DNA from: Eledone cirrhosa
Lineage: Eukaryota
Assembly (NCBI GenBank): GCA_964016885.1
Contig: OZ024756.1
Coordinates: 434,001 to 498,000, forward strand
Length of the DNA stretch: 64,000 bases
Reading direction: 5' to 3'
A program made the translations under genes and the position numbers. Below are positions 1 to 13,639 of the stretch, one piece after another. The notes below the pieces were generated by a model. It saw nothing but the letters and a program-made list of their open reading frames with translations. It had not been told where the DNA came from and did no database searches. The number at the start of each line of letters is the position of its first letter. The first letter of the stretch is position 1.

Positions 1-140
1 AGAGGGTCTGTAAAAGGGCCATAGGCACAGCCCTTCTTTCCTTGATGAAGGAGTAAAAATAAAATAAAATATATGTTGATATATTTAAGAGCATAAATCA
101 GTAAAAATGGCAGTCTTTACAGGAACAGATAAATTATTTT

Positions 141-197
141 TATTGTTAGTAAACTTTGGTTTATATATATTTGTGTGTGTGAGACTGTTAGTAAACT

Positions 198-261
<64 letters not shown>

Positions 262-470
262 GTGATTGTTAGTAAACTATGGTGTGTATATATATGATTG
301 TTAGTAAACTAGTATATGTATTTATGTGATTGTTAGTAAACTAGTATATATATTTATGTGATTGTTAATAAACTGTGGTATATATATGTTTGTGAGACTG
401 TTAGTAAACTGGTATATATATATATATATATGTATGTGATTGTTAGTAAACTGAATAATATATATTTATT
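141..470. repeat. Degenerate tandem repeat (TGTGATTGTTAGTAAACT core) interleaved with (TA)n
   Basis: TGTTAGTAAACT recurs about 8 times, separated by variable TA/TG runs. Confidence 0.8.
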
Positions 471-1232
471 GGCCAAACAATAAACGTTATCCAGTGATGT
501 ATTCCAGACTGTATTATCATTGTTGACAATCGGACAACTGTGTGAAGAGAACCAGGGAAAGTTCTTTTAATGCTGCAGTACTAGCTCGGAGATACCATCT
601 TGGTTGCTAATGTATAAATTTTGAGGGAAGCAGGTTATTTCGAGGGCTGCCCCAGGTGACATACATTCTAGTTAGGGCTCAGCTTTTATCCTTCTGGGGT
701 TTAATAAAGGACCAGTCAAGTACTGATGTTGATTCCTCTTGCTCTTTATCCCAGAAATCCTGAATGTTGTGCCATCAGAGGAAGGGTTATAGATGACTGA
801 TCATAGGACCCCTTTTCTTCAGAAATGGTGAAGGGTTGAGCCAGCAAGGAAAGAAGTCCCAACAATCTCTCAGAAAATTGATATTCTACAGCAACTGATG
901 AAGGCGAGCTCAATGTGCAGTAGAGAGCAGGATAAAATCAATAAATTCCTCATCATCAATATGATTTCCAAATTAACACAGTTTAGACACTTGCTATGTC
1001 TAATACCAGAACAGGTTAGAGTGACCTCATCTTGGTCCTATATTTGGCATGGTTTCTATAGCTGGATGTCCTTCCTAATGCCAAATACCTTACAGGCTGT
1101 CCTGGCTGCATTTTGTTTAAAACACCACCATTACCACTTTACAGAGTGCACTGGGTGCATTTTATTATGACACAACTACTACCACTTTACAGGGTGTACC
1201 AGGTGCATTATATATATATATGTGTGTGTATT

Positions 1233-1424
1233 GGCGGTGGATTGGCAGTATCGGTAGAGAGTCGGACGCCATGCTTTGCAGCAAGGAGTTACGGCCCTTT
1301 ATGATCTGCGAGTTCAAATCCCGTTGAGGTTAACTTTGCCTTTCATCCTTACAGGGTCGATAAAATAAAGTACCAGTAATGTACTGCATAATTGCTGGCC
1401 TTGTGCCAATAGTAGAAACAATTA
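1233..1424 (+). mobile_element. tRNA-derived SINE family A
   Basis: A-box-like TGGCAGTATCGG and B-box GAGTTCAAATCCC; body CTTTCATCCTTACGGGGTCGATAAAATAAAGTACC; tail GGCCTTGTGCCAATAGTAGAAACAATT; more than 10 copies in the window. Confidence 0.85.
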
Positions 1425-2117
1425 TATATATATATATGTGTGTGTGTGTTTCTCTTATAACTATGAATAGAAAGAAAAGGAAGAAAGGTACCATCTACAT
1501 AGGAGTGTGTGTGTGTTTTTGTGTATATATGTGTGAATGTGCATGTGTGGGAGGGAGTGTATGTGTGGGAAGGAAGTGTGTGTGTGAGAATGAATAGGTC
1601 ATTGAACTAGAGAAGGATGTAGTCTGTAAGAGAGACAACCAACAGTTTAGTGAACTTTGATTTAACAGCTCAATGTGAGGATTACTTACACACACACAAC
1701 AGACATACATACATGCACACACACACATGTACATACATGCACAAACACATACGTACATACATGCACAAACACATACGTACATATGTACATGCATGCACAA
1801 ACACACATATACACAAACGTACATATGTACATACATGCACAAACACACACACATATATATAATATTTACTATTCATCATATTTTCCAATGCTGGCATGGG
1901 TCAGACAGGATGCTTTTGAGATGCTGTTTTACAACCCAATGCCATTCCTGATGCAAACCCTTCCTGTTGCCTCATACAACACACAAGGATAAGGTGTACT
2001 TATTCTATATAGTTACAGATGGGAAACCTTGCAGAAGCCCATCGGATATATTGGATCTAGCTGTTGAAACGCCAGGAGCTCAGCCGCCGGTGTCCCAAAT
2101 CTTTCATATATATATAT

Positions 2118-2441
2118 GGAGGCACATGGCTTAGAGCATTGGCCTTGCCATCGAAAGGTTGTGAGTTCAATTCTCAGACCGGGTGATGTGTTGTTTCCCT
2201 GAGCAAGACACTTTATTTCACATTGCTCCAGTTTACTCAGCTGTAGAAATGAGATGAGAGGGACTGGGGTCCCTATCATTCCACTGCAAAGTGGTCGTGG
2301 AGGTGCCGCGGCAAAAAAAAGCACCCAGCACTCACTATAAATGAGGTTGGTGTTAGGAAGGGCATCCAGCTGTAGAAATAAAGCCAGAATCAGTTCCTGT
2401 CCCACCCTTGCAAGCAGGGAAAAGCGGACGTAAAATGATGA

Positions 2442-2445
<4 letters not shown>
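2118..2445 (+). mobile_element. tRNA-derived SINE family B with CORE-like centre and RTE-derived tail
   Basis: GGAGGCACATGGC head, GAGTTCAATTCTC B-box, CCTGAGCAAGACACTTT centre; ends CCCACCCTTGCAAGCAGGGAAAAGCGGACGTAAAATGATGATGAT. Confidence 0.85.
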
Positions 2446-2499
<54 letters not shown>

Positions 2500-2946
2500 T
2501 GTACCAAATTCATGAACAAATATATTTATTGGTTTACAATTGTTTTAGAAGCCAGACCAAAATTCAGTTCGTACGAATTTAGTATTGTATTCTCTAACAT
2601 TTTTTATATTAATGCTCTGCCTGTACGCTTTTTGCATGACATAATTCTCTTGCTTACTTTCGTTGTTCCCTTGTCTTGCACTTAATATGCATTGAGTACA
2701 CTGTCCTCTTCACTACTGGCTTATAATTCTCACAACTAATCTCCTATCTCTCCTTCATTGGTTTGTACAAATACTTTTGATATATATATATATGGGCTTC
2801 TGCAAGGTTTCCCATCTGTAACTATACAGAATAGGTACACCTTATCCCTGTGTTTTGTATGAGGCGACAAGAAGGGTTTGCATCAGGAATGGCATTGGGT
2901 TGTAAAACATCATCTCAAAAGCATCCTGTATGACCCATGCCAGCAT

Positions 2947-3302
2947 GGAGGCACATGGCTTAGTGGTTAGAGCATTGGCCTTGCCATCGAAAGGTTGTGA
3001 GTCCAATTCTCAGACCGGGTGATGTGTTGTTTCCTTGAGCAAGACACTTTATTTCACATTGCTCCAGTTTACTCAGCTGTAGAAATGAGATGCAAAGTGG
3101 TCATGGAGGTGCCACGGAAAAAAAGCACCCAGGTCACACTGTAAAGTGGACGTCTAGGCGCCACGGAAAAAAAGCACCCAGCACTCGCTGTAAATGAGGT
3201 TGGTGTTAGGAAGGTCATCCAGCTGTAGAAATAAAGCCAGAATCAGTTTCCGTCCCACCCTTGCAAGCAGCGAGAAGCGGACATAAAATGATGATGATGA
3301 TG

Positions 3303-3304
<2 letters not shown>
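2947..3304 (+). mobile_element. SINE family B copy with internal duplication
   Basis: Same head, centre and tail as 2118-2445; GCCACGGAAAAAAAGCACCCAG occurs twice. Confidence 0.85.
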
Positions 3305-3333
<29 letters not shown>

Positions 3334-3433
3334 TAATCACACCAGTTGTTTATCAGCTATCAACAACAACAACAATAATAATAATGATTATAAAAATTTT
3401 TCTTTGCAGAGAAAAAGGAAGAATCAACGAAAG

Positions 3434-5502
3434 ATGACACATCTCAGAGTTGCCACATTTAATGTTGGCACTCTGAGAGGTGGATCTGGTGAGATAGTGG
3501 AGATGCTAGAGAGAAGGCATGTGGATGTGTGCTGCGTGCAAGAGGTGAGATGGAGAGGTGCCTCAGCAAGACTAATCACAGGCAAACAGCTTAGCTATAA
3601 GCTTCTCTGGGTAGGAAACGGTGATGGGTTAGGTGGGGTAGGCATTTTACTGGCTGAGGGGTGGATCAATAAGACAATAGAGGTAGTTAGAGTCAGTAAT
3701 AGAATAATTTAGATTAGATTAGTTGTAGGCAATAGACTGCTGACAATTATCTCTACCTATGCTCCCCAAGTGGGATTAAGTAAAGAAGTGAAGGACTGCT
3801 TTTACAGGCAACTTCTAGAGACAACCACAATGACAGAGGACAGAGACTTAGTTATACTAGCAGGGGACGTCAATTGTCATGTTGGACAGTTCAAAGATGG
3901 ATACACTGGGGTACATGGCTCAAGAAACGAAGGAGGAGTGAGGCTTCTTGAACTTTGTGATGCAAGTGAACTAACCATTTGCAGCACTAACTTCAAGAAA
4001 CCTATCAATCAGGCGAGCACATAAGCCAGATTGACTTCTTGCTAGTGAGGCAACGAGGCAGACAGATGGTCTCGAACAGTAAGGTATACTCTGGGGAAGA
4101 ATGTACCCGACAACATAGGTTAGTCGTTAGTGACATCTCAATAAGCAAGAGACAGAATGAGATATACAGGAAGGTGTGGAAAAGGAGGGTCTGGAAGCTA
4201 AAAGACCTTTCACTTAAATATAAATTTAGGAAAGCCCTTCAAGATGTATATAACGAGAAAGAAGATGAATTAGAATTATATGACATAGAAGATAACTGGA
4301 ATTTCTTACGAGACAACCTACTGCACGCAACTGAAGAAACTTGTGGCTGGAGCAGAGCTCCAACCAGACAGAGGGTGACTTGGTGGTGGAACAGCACGGT
4401 AGATAGAGCCATTAAAGACAAAAGACGAGCATGGAAGGATTGGAAAAATGGAGGGGAGTAGAGACCGATACTCAGCCGCTAAAAGAGAGGCTAGACGTCA
4501 GGTATACTTAGCACGCAGGGAAGCTGAGAGTAGGAGGTTTGTCAAGGTTCTGCAACAAGAGGATCAGAGATGCGAGGTGTTCCGCATTGCAAAGCAGTGT
4601 GTCAGTTTAAATCAGGATGTTGTTGGAGATAAGTGTTCGAAATGATGCTGGTGCACTTAGTGTCACTGATGCTCAGAAAAGGGAGACCTGGAAATGTCAT
4701 TATGAGAGACTGATAAATGTTGAGAATTAATGGGAGAGAGAGAAACTACCCCCAGTAGTCCAACAGATTGACGACTATAGGGTCCAAGAGGCAATTAAGA
4801 ATATGAAAAGTGGTAAGGCCGCTGGACCATCAAGGATAGTGGCTGAGATGCTGAAGGCATTAGAAGTAGAAACTAAACTGGTTGCACGCATCATCAATCA
4901 AGCTATATATGGCAGAGTCATACCCAAAGACGGGTGCAGCAGTATTATTATAAATTGCTACAAAGGTAAAGGGGATGCTCTGGAGAGGAGCAATTATAGG
5001 GGCATAAAACTGATGGATCAGGTTATGAATGTGACAGAAAGAATGCTAACACAACTAATTAGAGAAAGAATAAAATTAGATGAGATGCAGTTTGGTTTTG
5101 TGCCTGGGAAAAGTACAACAGATGCCCTCTTCTTAATGAGACAACTACAAGAGGTTCTTAGAGAAGAATAAACCACTATATTTAGCTTTTGTTGACCTAG
5201 AGAAGGCCTTTGATAGAGTACCCTGATCTGTCATCTGGTATTCCCTAAGGAAACTAGGTGTTGAGGAATGGTTTGTGAGGACAGTGTACGCTATGTAAAG
5301 AGGAGCCGCCAGTAAAGTGAGAGTAGAAATGGAGTTTAGTGAGGAATTCTAGATACAAGTAGGAGTTCATCAGGGTTCGGTCCTCAGCCCGCTCTTATTC
5401 ATTATAGATCTCCAAGCCATAACATCACAAATGGAGAGATGCTGTGCTAAAAAGGACCCACCCACCCTTGTAAGCAGGGAAAAGCGAATGTAAAATGATG
5501 AT

Positions 5503-5505
<3 letters not shown>
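3434..5505 (+). pseudogene. Decayed RTE-clade LINE (APE endonuclease and N-half of RT), internally deleted and joined to the RTE 3' tail
   Basis: ORF fragments LRVATFNVGTL, DVCCVQEVRW, LAGDVNCHVG, QHRLVV, MKSGKAAGP, NYRGIKL, QFGFVPGKSTTDA; FVDLEKAFDRVP and GVHQGSVLSP in shifted frames; many stops and frameshifts; tail CCCACCCTTGTAAGCAGGGAAAAGCG at 5461. Confidence 0.92.
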
Positions 5506-5529
<24 letters not shown>

Positions 5530-5535
<6 letters not shown>

Positions 5536-5850
5536 CACCAATCGTTCAACTATCTAATTACATGTTAATGAAACGATGATTTATCACTTGAAACACGGAA
5601 TTGAATGGACCTAGAGCGATTTCGACGATGAGTGTTCCAGTTGTTTGATCAATGGAACTGCTCATGAAATTTACATGCAAGTAGCTAAGCATTCCACAGA
5701 CATGCGTACCTTGACGTAGTTCTCAAGGAGAGTCAGCATGATGCAACGTGGCTCGCTGAGTTACAAGTACAACTCTTATTTTTGCCAGCTGAGTGGACTG
5801 ACACAATGTGAGATAAAGTGTCTTGCTCAAGGACACACCTTCACTACTAA
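5530..5850 (-). mobile_element. SINE family D (CORE-like) partial copy
   Basis: Reverse complement contains GTGTCCTTGAGCAAGACACTTT; similar to 45480-45830, 14270-14550 and 43480-43880. Confidence 0.65.
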
Positions 5851-5909
5851 ACCATGTATTTTCACGCATACACATATATATACATACATACACATATATA
5901 AATACATAT

Positions 5910-6245
5910 GGAGGCACATGGCTTAGTGGTTAGAGCATTGGCCTTGCAATCGAAAGGTTGTGAGTTCAATTCTCAGACTGGGTGATGTGTTGTTTCCTTG
6001 AGCAAGACACTTTATTTCACATTGCTCCAGTTTACTCAGCTGTAGAAATGAGATGATAGGGACTGGGGTTCCTATCATTCCACTGCAAAGTGGTCGTGGA
6101 GGTGTCAGGGCAAAAAAGCACCCAGCACTCACTGTAAATGAGGTTGGTGTTAGGAAGGGCATCCAGATCCAGCTGTAGAAATCAAGCCAGAATCAGTTCC
6201 CATCCCACCCTTGCAAGCAGGGAAAAGTGGACGTAAAATGAAATG
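5910..6245 (+). mobile_element. SINE family B copy
   Basis: Full head, centre and RTE-type tail. Confidence 0.88.
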
Positions 6246-6419
6246 AAAAAATATATATACACACACACACACACATTCACACATATATATATATATATGA
6301 AACTATATTGTATACCTGTGTATGTATATTTTTACATTTACAAATCTATATCCATTTACGCATGCACACTTTGATTGCAACACGTCAAGACTTGACTGCT
6401 GAAAAAGTTTCTTTACTCA

Positions 6420-6715
6420 TTGTTACATCCAATGTAATTTCTATTGCTGCCAACATAGACAAAATATATCATCATGAATAAACACACATACACACACATT
6501 ATATATGGTGTAGGACAGAACAAAGGAGGGACATAAAAAAACGCAGTTACTGGGTAGGTCACAGATTGTGTGACGAAAGAGCTTTGACAATATATAAACA
6601 ACCAACCAGCCGGAAATTTATAATAATAAACTATAATGACCCTCCCAAAGTAAAACAATATCTGTTTCAACATGTTTTCAGATAAGAAATCTTGCAAAAT
6701 AAATACAAAAACATA
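6420..6715 (+). mobile_element. 3' UTR remnant of PLE family 2 (see 38101-39061)
   Basis: GGTCACAGATTGTGTGACGAAAGA...GACCTCCCAAAGTAAAACAATATCTGTTTCAACA matches 22620-22780 and 38880-39061. Confidence 0.75.
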
Positions 6716-7119
6716 CATATATGTGTGTGTGTGTGTGGAAAATGGATGTTAAATGATGATGATGATGATTATATATATATATATTTATATATAGCCCAAT
6801 CTTGGTCTTAGTTTCAACCAAGTGGCTGCAGCATCTGAACTAACAGCAGTAAAACAAGCCTCACAAACAGTAATCATAGCTTTCTTACCAGCCACTTTGT
6901 AGTCACTGCACCCTCAGGGCATACCTGTATTTCATCAATCTTTACATACATACATACATACATACACACACATATGTACATACACACACACAAACATACA
7001 CACATACTAAACAGACAGGGTGTATGGTAGATGATGGAACAACCCCACAAATGGAACACATCTCTTCAACGTTGGTGGGATTTGAACTCAGAATTTATAG
7101 GGAGATTGGTACCATAACA

Positions 7120-7380
7120 TCCAGTCCTAAATAAATGAGGTCGTGTAGGTGTCACGACAAAAAACACAAAGTCCACGCTGTAATGTGGCCGTGTAGGTAA
7201 CACGGTAAAAACCTCCCAGTCTACACTATAAACGTGGTTGGTGTTGGGAAGGGCATCCAGCCGTAGAAAACCCGCCAGACAGTCCTATATGAGCGAGACG
7301 ACCAATCTTGCCTCACATGGGACAATTCCCGTCTAAACCCATGCTAGCGTGGAAGATAGAAGTTAAACGATGGTGATGAT
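7120..7380 (+). mobile_element. RTE-related SINE/non-autonomous family C, 3' part
   Basis: Closely similar to 51020-51280; GGTTGGTGTTGGGAAGGGCATCCAG motif; (GAT)n tail. Confidence 0.7.
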
Positions 7381-7679
7381 AACTCAATACTCACAGTTTT
7401 GGTGCAATACTAGCAAGGAGCTGCTGGGAATTGAACTCTTTTTTAAGTATATAATTCTTTTGTTTCTATTTTGATTTATGCAGTTATAAATCTTAATAAA
7501 ATTTTCATTGTGTTAACATCTACAATTATCATATCTTCGATTTTGTGCCATGATTAAGGCTGTTTAAATCAAAATTGAAACATATGAACCTCGTGACAAG
7601 CAATAAATAATACACGTGTTGGTGAACAACAAAAAACAGCAACAACAACAAAAAAAAAAATCATTATTATTGGTGCAGC

Positions 7680-8442
7680 ATAGAGTTACGTCACTTTATG
7701 TTCCGAGTTCAAATCCCACCGAGGTTAACTTTGCCTTTCATCCTTACGAGGTCGATTTATTTGACTTTCCTCTCCCCCAAAATTCTTAGCCTTGTGCCTA
7801 TATAAGAAACCATTATTATTGATACGGTGGATTGGCAGTATTGGTAGAGGGTCTGACGCCATGCTTTGCAGCAAAGAGTTACGGCCCTTTATGGTCTGAG
7901 TTCAAATCCCGCCAAGGTTAACTTTGCCTTTCACCCTTACGGGGTCGATAAAATAAAGTACCAGTCACGTACTGATTGATTTAATTGACTTACCCCTCCC
8001 CAAAAATTGCTGGCCTTGTGTCTATATAAGAAACCATTATTATTATTATTAAGGGCGGTGGATTGGGAGTATCGGTAGAGGGTCGGACGCCATGCTTTGA
8101 CGCATAGAGTTACGGCCCTTGCCATTCTGAGTTCAAATCCCGCCCAGGTTAACTTTACCTTTCATCCTTACGGGGTCGATAAAATAAAGTACCAGTAATA
8201 CACTGGGGAAATTGCTGGCCTTGTGCCAAAAGTAGAAACAATTATTATTGCGGTGGATTGGCATTATCGGTAGAGGGTCTGACGCCATGCTTTGCAGCAT
8301 AGAGTTACGGCTCTTTATGATCTGAGTTCAAATCCAGCGGAGGTTAACTTTGCCTTTCATCCTTACGGGGTCGATAAAATAAAGTACCAGTAATGTACTG
8401 CGTAATTGCTGGCCTTGTGCCAATAGTAGAAACAATTATTAT
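7680..8442 (+). mobile_element. Head-to-tail tandem array of four SINE family A copies
   Basis: Units start at about 7680 (partial), 7824, 8053 and 8250; each ends GAAAC(A/C)ATTATTATT. Confidence 0.85.
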
Positions 8443-9774
8443 TAATATTCAGGGGAGATAATCTGTGTTAGAGAAACGAAGAAATATAAACTACACACGT
8501 GTGTGTGTGTGTGTGTAGTTACATAACCAAGGTTGGTAATCGTGTTTGCATGATGTGTATGGGAGTACACACACAAATATATATGTAATTACATAATAAA
8601 GAATATTATTATATAATTAAATAGCTCTGTACTATACATAGAGCACTCTTCTTTCCTTTACCTTTTCTACTGAAATACTTAACACACATACATACATACA
8701 TACATACACACATACAGGGTGTAGAATATAAACTAAACTGGATTAGATGTTGCCGATCGATCAGACGTTGTTGTTTAACCCCAGGACAGATCAGATCGAG
8801 CAGACATACGATCAAACTTAATGTTTAAACTCTACTAATGTATTGAGTACCTTACTAACTGTAGTTACCCCCGATTGAACCCGGGACCCATATATATCTT
8901 CTTTTTTTTTCACGTATCGTGATGAAGAATGGAGCCCAAAAAAGAAAACGAGATGAAACCATTTTGGCTGTTATTTCTAGCATGTCGAGTGGGGGCGCAG
9001 TTGCTCCCTCATAAAATACAAAAAAAAACCCATTTTTTATCCGTGGTGTAACAATGTACTAATTTGATGACAAGCAGTAAATTATTGGTGTGTTCACCAC
9101 TTGGTGACAACACACCCGATTAGATAGAGCCGGAGATTGTGTACGTGTGTTTACTGTTGTGTGTGGCTGTATGGGTACATACACGTGTGAGTGTGTGAGT
9201 GTGAGTGTGTATTTGTACGTACGTGTATGTGTGTTAATAAACGGGGGACAGCCTACATATTATATTAAACAACAGACGAGAGATGTGAAACTCCAGTCAG
9301 TGAAACAATAGTGGAAGCGGTTTATAGAATAATTAATAAAAACTGTGAAATGATAATTGAAGAAAGTACGAGGGGGGGAGGGGGTGATAAGAAGAGAAGA
9401 GAGTGTTTAAATATGTGTGTGGGGGGAGGGAGAGAGACAGAGGAAGGAGAGAATGTTTAAATATGATAGAGGGAGGGAAGGGAGAGAATGAGGGAAGGGA
9501 GGGAGAGAATGAGGGAAGGGAGACAGCAACCATAAAATTAATGTGTATATTTGTGTACAGCCATATTTACACACATACATATGTGTAAATATGACAGAAG
9601 AAGCTAATGAGACTGATTTTGCATGTCTGTCTTGTTTAACACACACACACACTCACATACATATATATACACGTGTCTGTGTGTTGATCACGTATTTCTT
9701 TGTATAAAACACGATTTTTTAGTCCTTGTGTAATGAAAAAGACTGACTGAAAGAGAAAGATTGGATAGGTTGTA

Positions 9775-9794
9775 TGAGAGAGAGAGAGACAGAG

Positions 9795-9840
<46 letters not shown>

Positions 9841-9946
9841 AGAGAAAGACAGAGAGACAGAGAGAGACAGAGAGACAGAGAGAGACAGAGAGACAGAGAG
9901 AGACAGAGAGAGACAGAGAGAGACAGACAGAGAGAAAGAGAGAGAC

Positions 9947-9977
<31 letters not shown>

Positions 9978-9985
9978 AAGAGAGA
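9775..9985. repeat. (GA)n/(GACAGA)n microsatellite
   Basis: Direct inspection. Confidence 0.95.
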
Positions 9986-10125
9986 TGAGGGGGGGGGGTC
10001 TGTGGTTTACAGTGATTATAAAATAAACACCTGAATAATTTTTTTTTAAATAGCCATTTTATAAGTGATTTCGGTTGTTATGCGTATATATATATATATA
10101 TATAAATGAGAGGTATAGAGATTGT

Positions 10126-10162
<37 letters not shown>

Positions 10163-11273
10163 AGAGAGGGGGAGAGGAACGATAGGAATGTAGAGATTAT
10201 GGCTGCATAGATGGATGTTTGGTTGGGTAGATAGATGGATGGGTGAGCAGTAAGGGACGTGTCGGTGGTGATGTGGGAGTAATATCCGTTAGAATTTATA
10301 ATGGTGGTGGTGGTGGAGACAGAACGAGGGGGGGGGGGACAAAGAAAGTAAGAAATAGATTAGAGAGAGTGAGTGAGTGAGTGAGTGAGTGAGTGAGTGA
10401 GTGAGAATGAAGTCACCATTCCAGTTGTAAAAGTCCAATAATAAACATTAATATTGAAGACTGTCTGGTTTCAACAGCAGAAATATTTTAAAAATAATTG
10501 TTTCTACTATTGGCACAAGGCCAGCCATTATCTCAGTACATTACTGGTACTTTATTTTATCGACCCCGTAAGGATGAAAGACAAAGTTAATCTCGGCGGG
10601 ATTTGAACTCAGATCGTAAATATTTTAAAAATAATAATCTTTTTTTTACTGGGGGATATTTATGTAAAACAACGTGCGTGCGTGCGTGCGTGCGTGCGTG
10701 TGTGTGTGTGTGTGTGTGTCTGTGTGTGTGTGTGTGTGTGTGTGTAACAAATCTTTCATATATAGATGTAGACTCCCCCCCCCCTCACCTTCCCACTTTA
10801 GTTACTTCGGAAAACTGGAATGTTCTATATTCAACAAGACAAAGTCTTTAAGATTTAGTGGCTATCTACCATAGATTGGTTCCGTAACTCCTGGTGGAGT
10901 CGTAGGGGAGCCATATTGACATACGGCTTTTCTTGGGCCGACCATACATTCCAGGAACCAAGATAACGAACTTGCCGGATTAAACATTCATCGGTATTTC
11001 TTCTGAATCACTTCTAGAGTTCAACTTTGTCTTTCGTTATTGTGAAAAAAATGGAAGACATCGTTGACAAAATATTTACACAAAAATAAGAACATACATA
11101 AATAGTGGAAATATTTAGAAGAGATTGGGAAGAGACGTAACATGATGTTTTGGGTGGAAGTGATTATCAGAGTAAAGAAGAAGTAAAAGGTGTAAGAACG
11201 ATATCGAGTTGAAGAGACGATGTGATTTGAATAGTTTCATCCTATGGTGTGTGTATGTGTGTATATATACGTG

Positions 11274-11332
<59 letters not shown>

Positions 11333-11965
11333 CGACAACAGAAGGCTGGACTGGAAGATATGCTTTAAAATGTTAATACCGTAAAATCACTATACGTATT
11401 TCTATGGCCCTGCTCCATCACCCAATTATGATGTAAGACAGGTCCGTCTCAGCAGGTAACTTCGACAGAATTGCTTAAATGGGTTGGGTTACATTAATCC
11501 CAAACGTATCATGGAAGATAGGGAAAAGAGAATAGGAAATTGAAATTATATATATGGATCCATTTTCTCTATATTTGTTAACATTTTAGACACGAGTATA
11601 AACTTTAAACTTGCATGGATTTGTCTTCATATATTACAGAAATCGATACTCTCATGGCAAGTACTTCGATTTGCGTCATAAGATTAATATACCTTTCTCT
11701 CCACACGCACACACACAAGGAAGGCAAAAGTGATAACAAATATGTACAAGAGGTATTTTTTACTATTATAACCTGCTGTGTCACGGCCCAAAACAATTCT
11801 GCACACGTTTCACGCTGAGATAAGCGCGCACACTTTTTCTTTCTTTCTCGGTATTACCAAATACATGTACACTTTCTGTATTTTTTATCTGTTTACCAAG
11901 CTAGAGAATAATAAACATTACCAAGCCTTTCGGAACGTCGTTTGTAAAATATAGTGCGTGTGCGC

Positions 11966-12080
<115 letters not shown>

Positions 12081-12449
12081 CCTCCAAAGTTCTCCCTACG
12101 AGGAGATTTCAATTTGAGAGGGTTTAAGAAATGGTGACCTTATGATTCGTGTGTAGTTCGTGGGAAAAAAATAAGTTATCTTTAAGAAGGTTGACTAGAG
12201 GGCTTCAATAAGCATTTTCACAATCAGGTCAGATGGAACTGTTAAAGCAGTCGCTTGACCTACTTAGTGTAGTAGCTAGCCAGATCTCCTTCCAGAAATT
12301 CTTTAGAGTATCCATGGTGACAACATATTCCAATTCTCTTAAACATGCCACAAGAAAACTATAGTCTATAGTCTATCTGTGTCGTCAATAATGGCTGATA
12401 TAGCATTAAACTTAGTTTTCTGTTATGAAACATTTATATGGCATAAGAT

Positions 12450-12885
12450 TACCGCATATGCCGTATACGCCGGTGTACAAGCCGACATTTGAAGTCTAAA
12501 AATATCTCTTCAAAAACAGGGGTCGACTTGCCGGCCGAATATAAAATGTGAACCTTTATCTCTGAGGGGTAAACAGTGAAACTGCCTAACACTTGTGATA
12601 CACCACTTACCATAACTCTAGCAGCCCACCACAATTATTTCCAACTGAATCTCATATTTGTTACGTCTATTTAACGTAGAGATTGTAATAATATCAATGA
12701 TTTGCCGTAGCTCATAGGGTGGGTTACCATAGGTTCGTTAAGGCTAGGCTGGTTTACCAGACTTGCGACTCAAGTGCTTTAGAAGTGTCTTAGTCTTGAG
12801 CGTACCACTAAACTTTTTGAAGAATTTCCCCTGCAACTGCTTTATTTTTGGGGGTCGTCTTATGCGCTGAATCGATTTGTACGCT

Positions 12886-12895
<10 letters not shown>
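12450..12895. mobile_element. Degenerate pogo/Tc1-mariner-type MITE
   Basis: Left end TACCGCATATGCCG...CGGTGTACAAGCCGAC and right end GGGGGTCGTCTTATGCGCTGAATCGATTTGTACGCTGGCATAT resemble TACCGTA/GTCGACTTATAC-type TIRs; no ORF. Confidence 0.5.
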
Positions 12896-12925
<30 letters not shown>

Positions 12926-12928
<3 letters not shown>

Positions 12929-13140
12929 GGCGGTAAAATTCCCGAGGTCCATAAACGAGTTCTCTCCAGCGGTCGCTCTCCTTCATTATCTCCGCTATGC
13001 TGCGCGTCTCCCAGATACCATCAATATGCCATCCTTGGTCTCCCTCTTCCAGTGTGTCCGTGTAGGGGCTCCCACAGGACCAGAGTGCAGTGTCAACTCG
13101 GAATGTCGGTGAGCATGCATGTCCAGTTAACCTCAGTCTC
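12926..13140 (-). mobile_element. 3' end fragment of a LINE (RTE-like)
   Basis: Minus frames give GRGRPR and DRWRELV, typical of RTE C-termini; second copy at 45335-45425. Confidence 0.55.
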
Positions 13141-13363
13141 ATATATATATATATATATATATGATTTCTACTTTAGGCACAAGGCCAGCAATTACCCCAG
13201 TTTATTAGTGGTACTTTATTTTATCAACCCCATAAGGACGAAAGGCAAAGTTAACCTCGGCGGGATAGAAGAAGTTGACGGGACTAGCATAAGTTTCCCT
13301 GCTAGTGCCAGTTGCATCTCAACGTACTTAATAGAGTTATGTAAAAATCCCAGAGTAGACACA

Positions 13364-13638
13364 AAGGACCACCTTACCTTCCAACATATGTTATACAAGA
13401 TGAAGGACCACCTTACCTTCCAACAGATGTTATACAAGATGAAGGACCACCTTACCTTCCAACAGATGTTATACAAGATGAAGGACCACCTTACCTTCCA
13501 ACAGATGTTATACAAGATGAAGGACCACCTTACCTTCCAACAGATGTTATACAAGATGAAGGACCACCTTACCTTCCAACAGATGTTATACAAGATGAAG
13601 GACCACCTTACCTTCCAACAGAAGTTATACAAGATGAA
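13364..13638. repeat. 39-bp tandem repeat, about 7 copies
   Basis: AAGGACCACCTTACCTTCCAACAGATGTTATACAAGATG repeated almost perfectly. Confidence 0.95.
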
Positions 13639-13639
13639 A

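Noticed and set aside
5910-5985. tRNA gene-like sequences at SINE heads
   Set aside because: A/B boxes are present but there is no complete cloverleaf, and they run directly into SINE bodies
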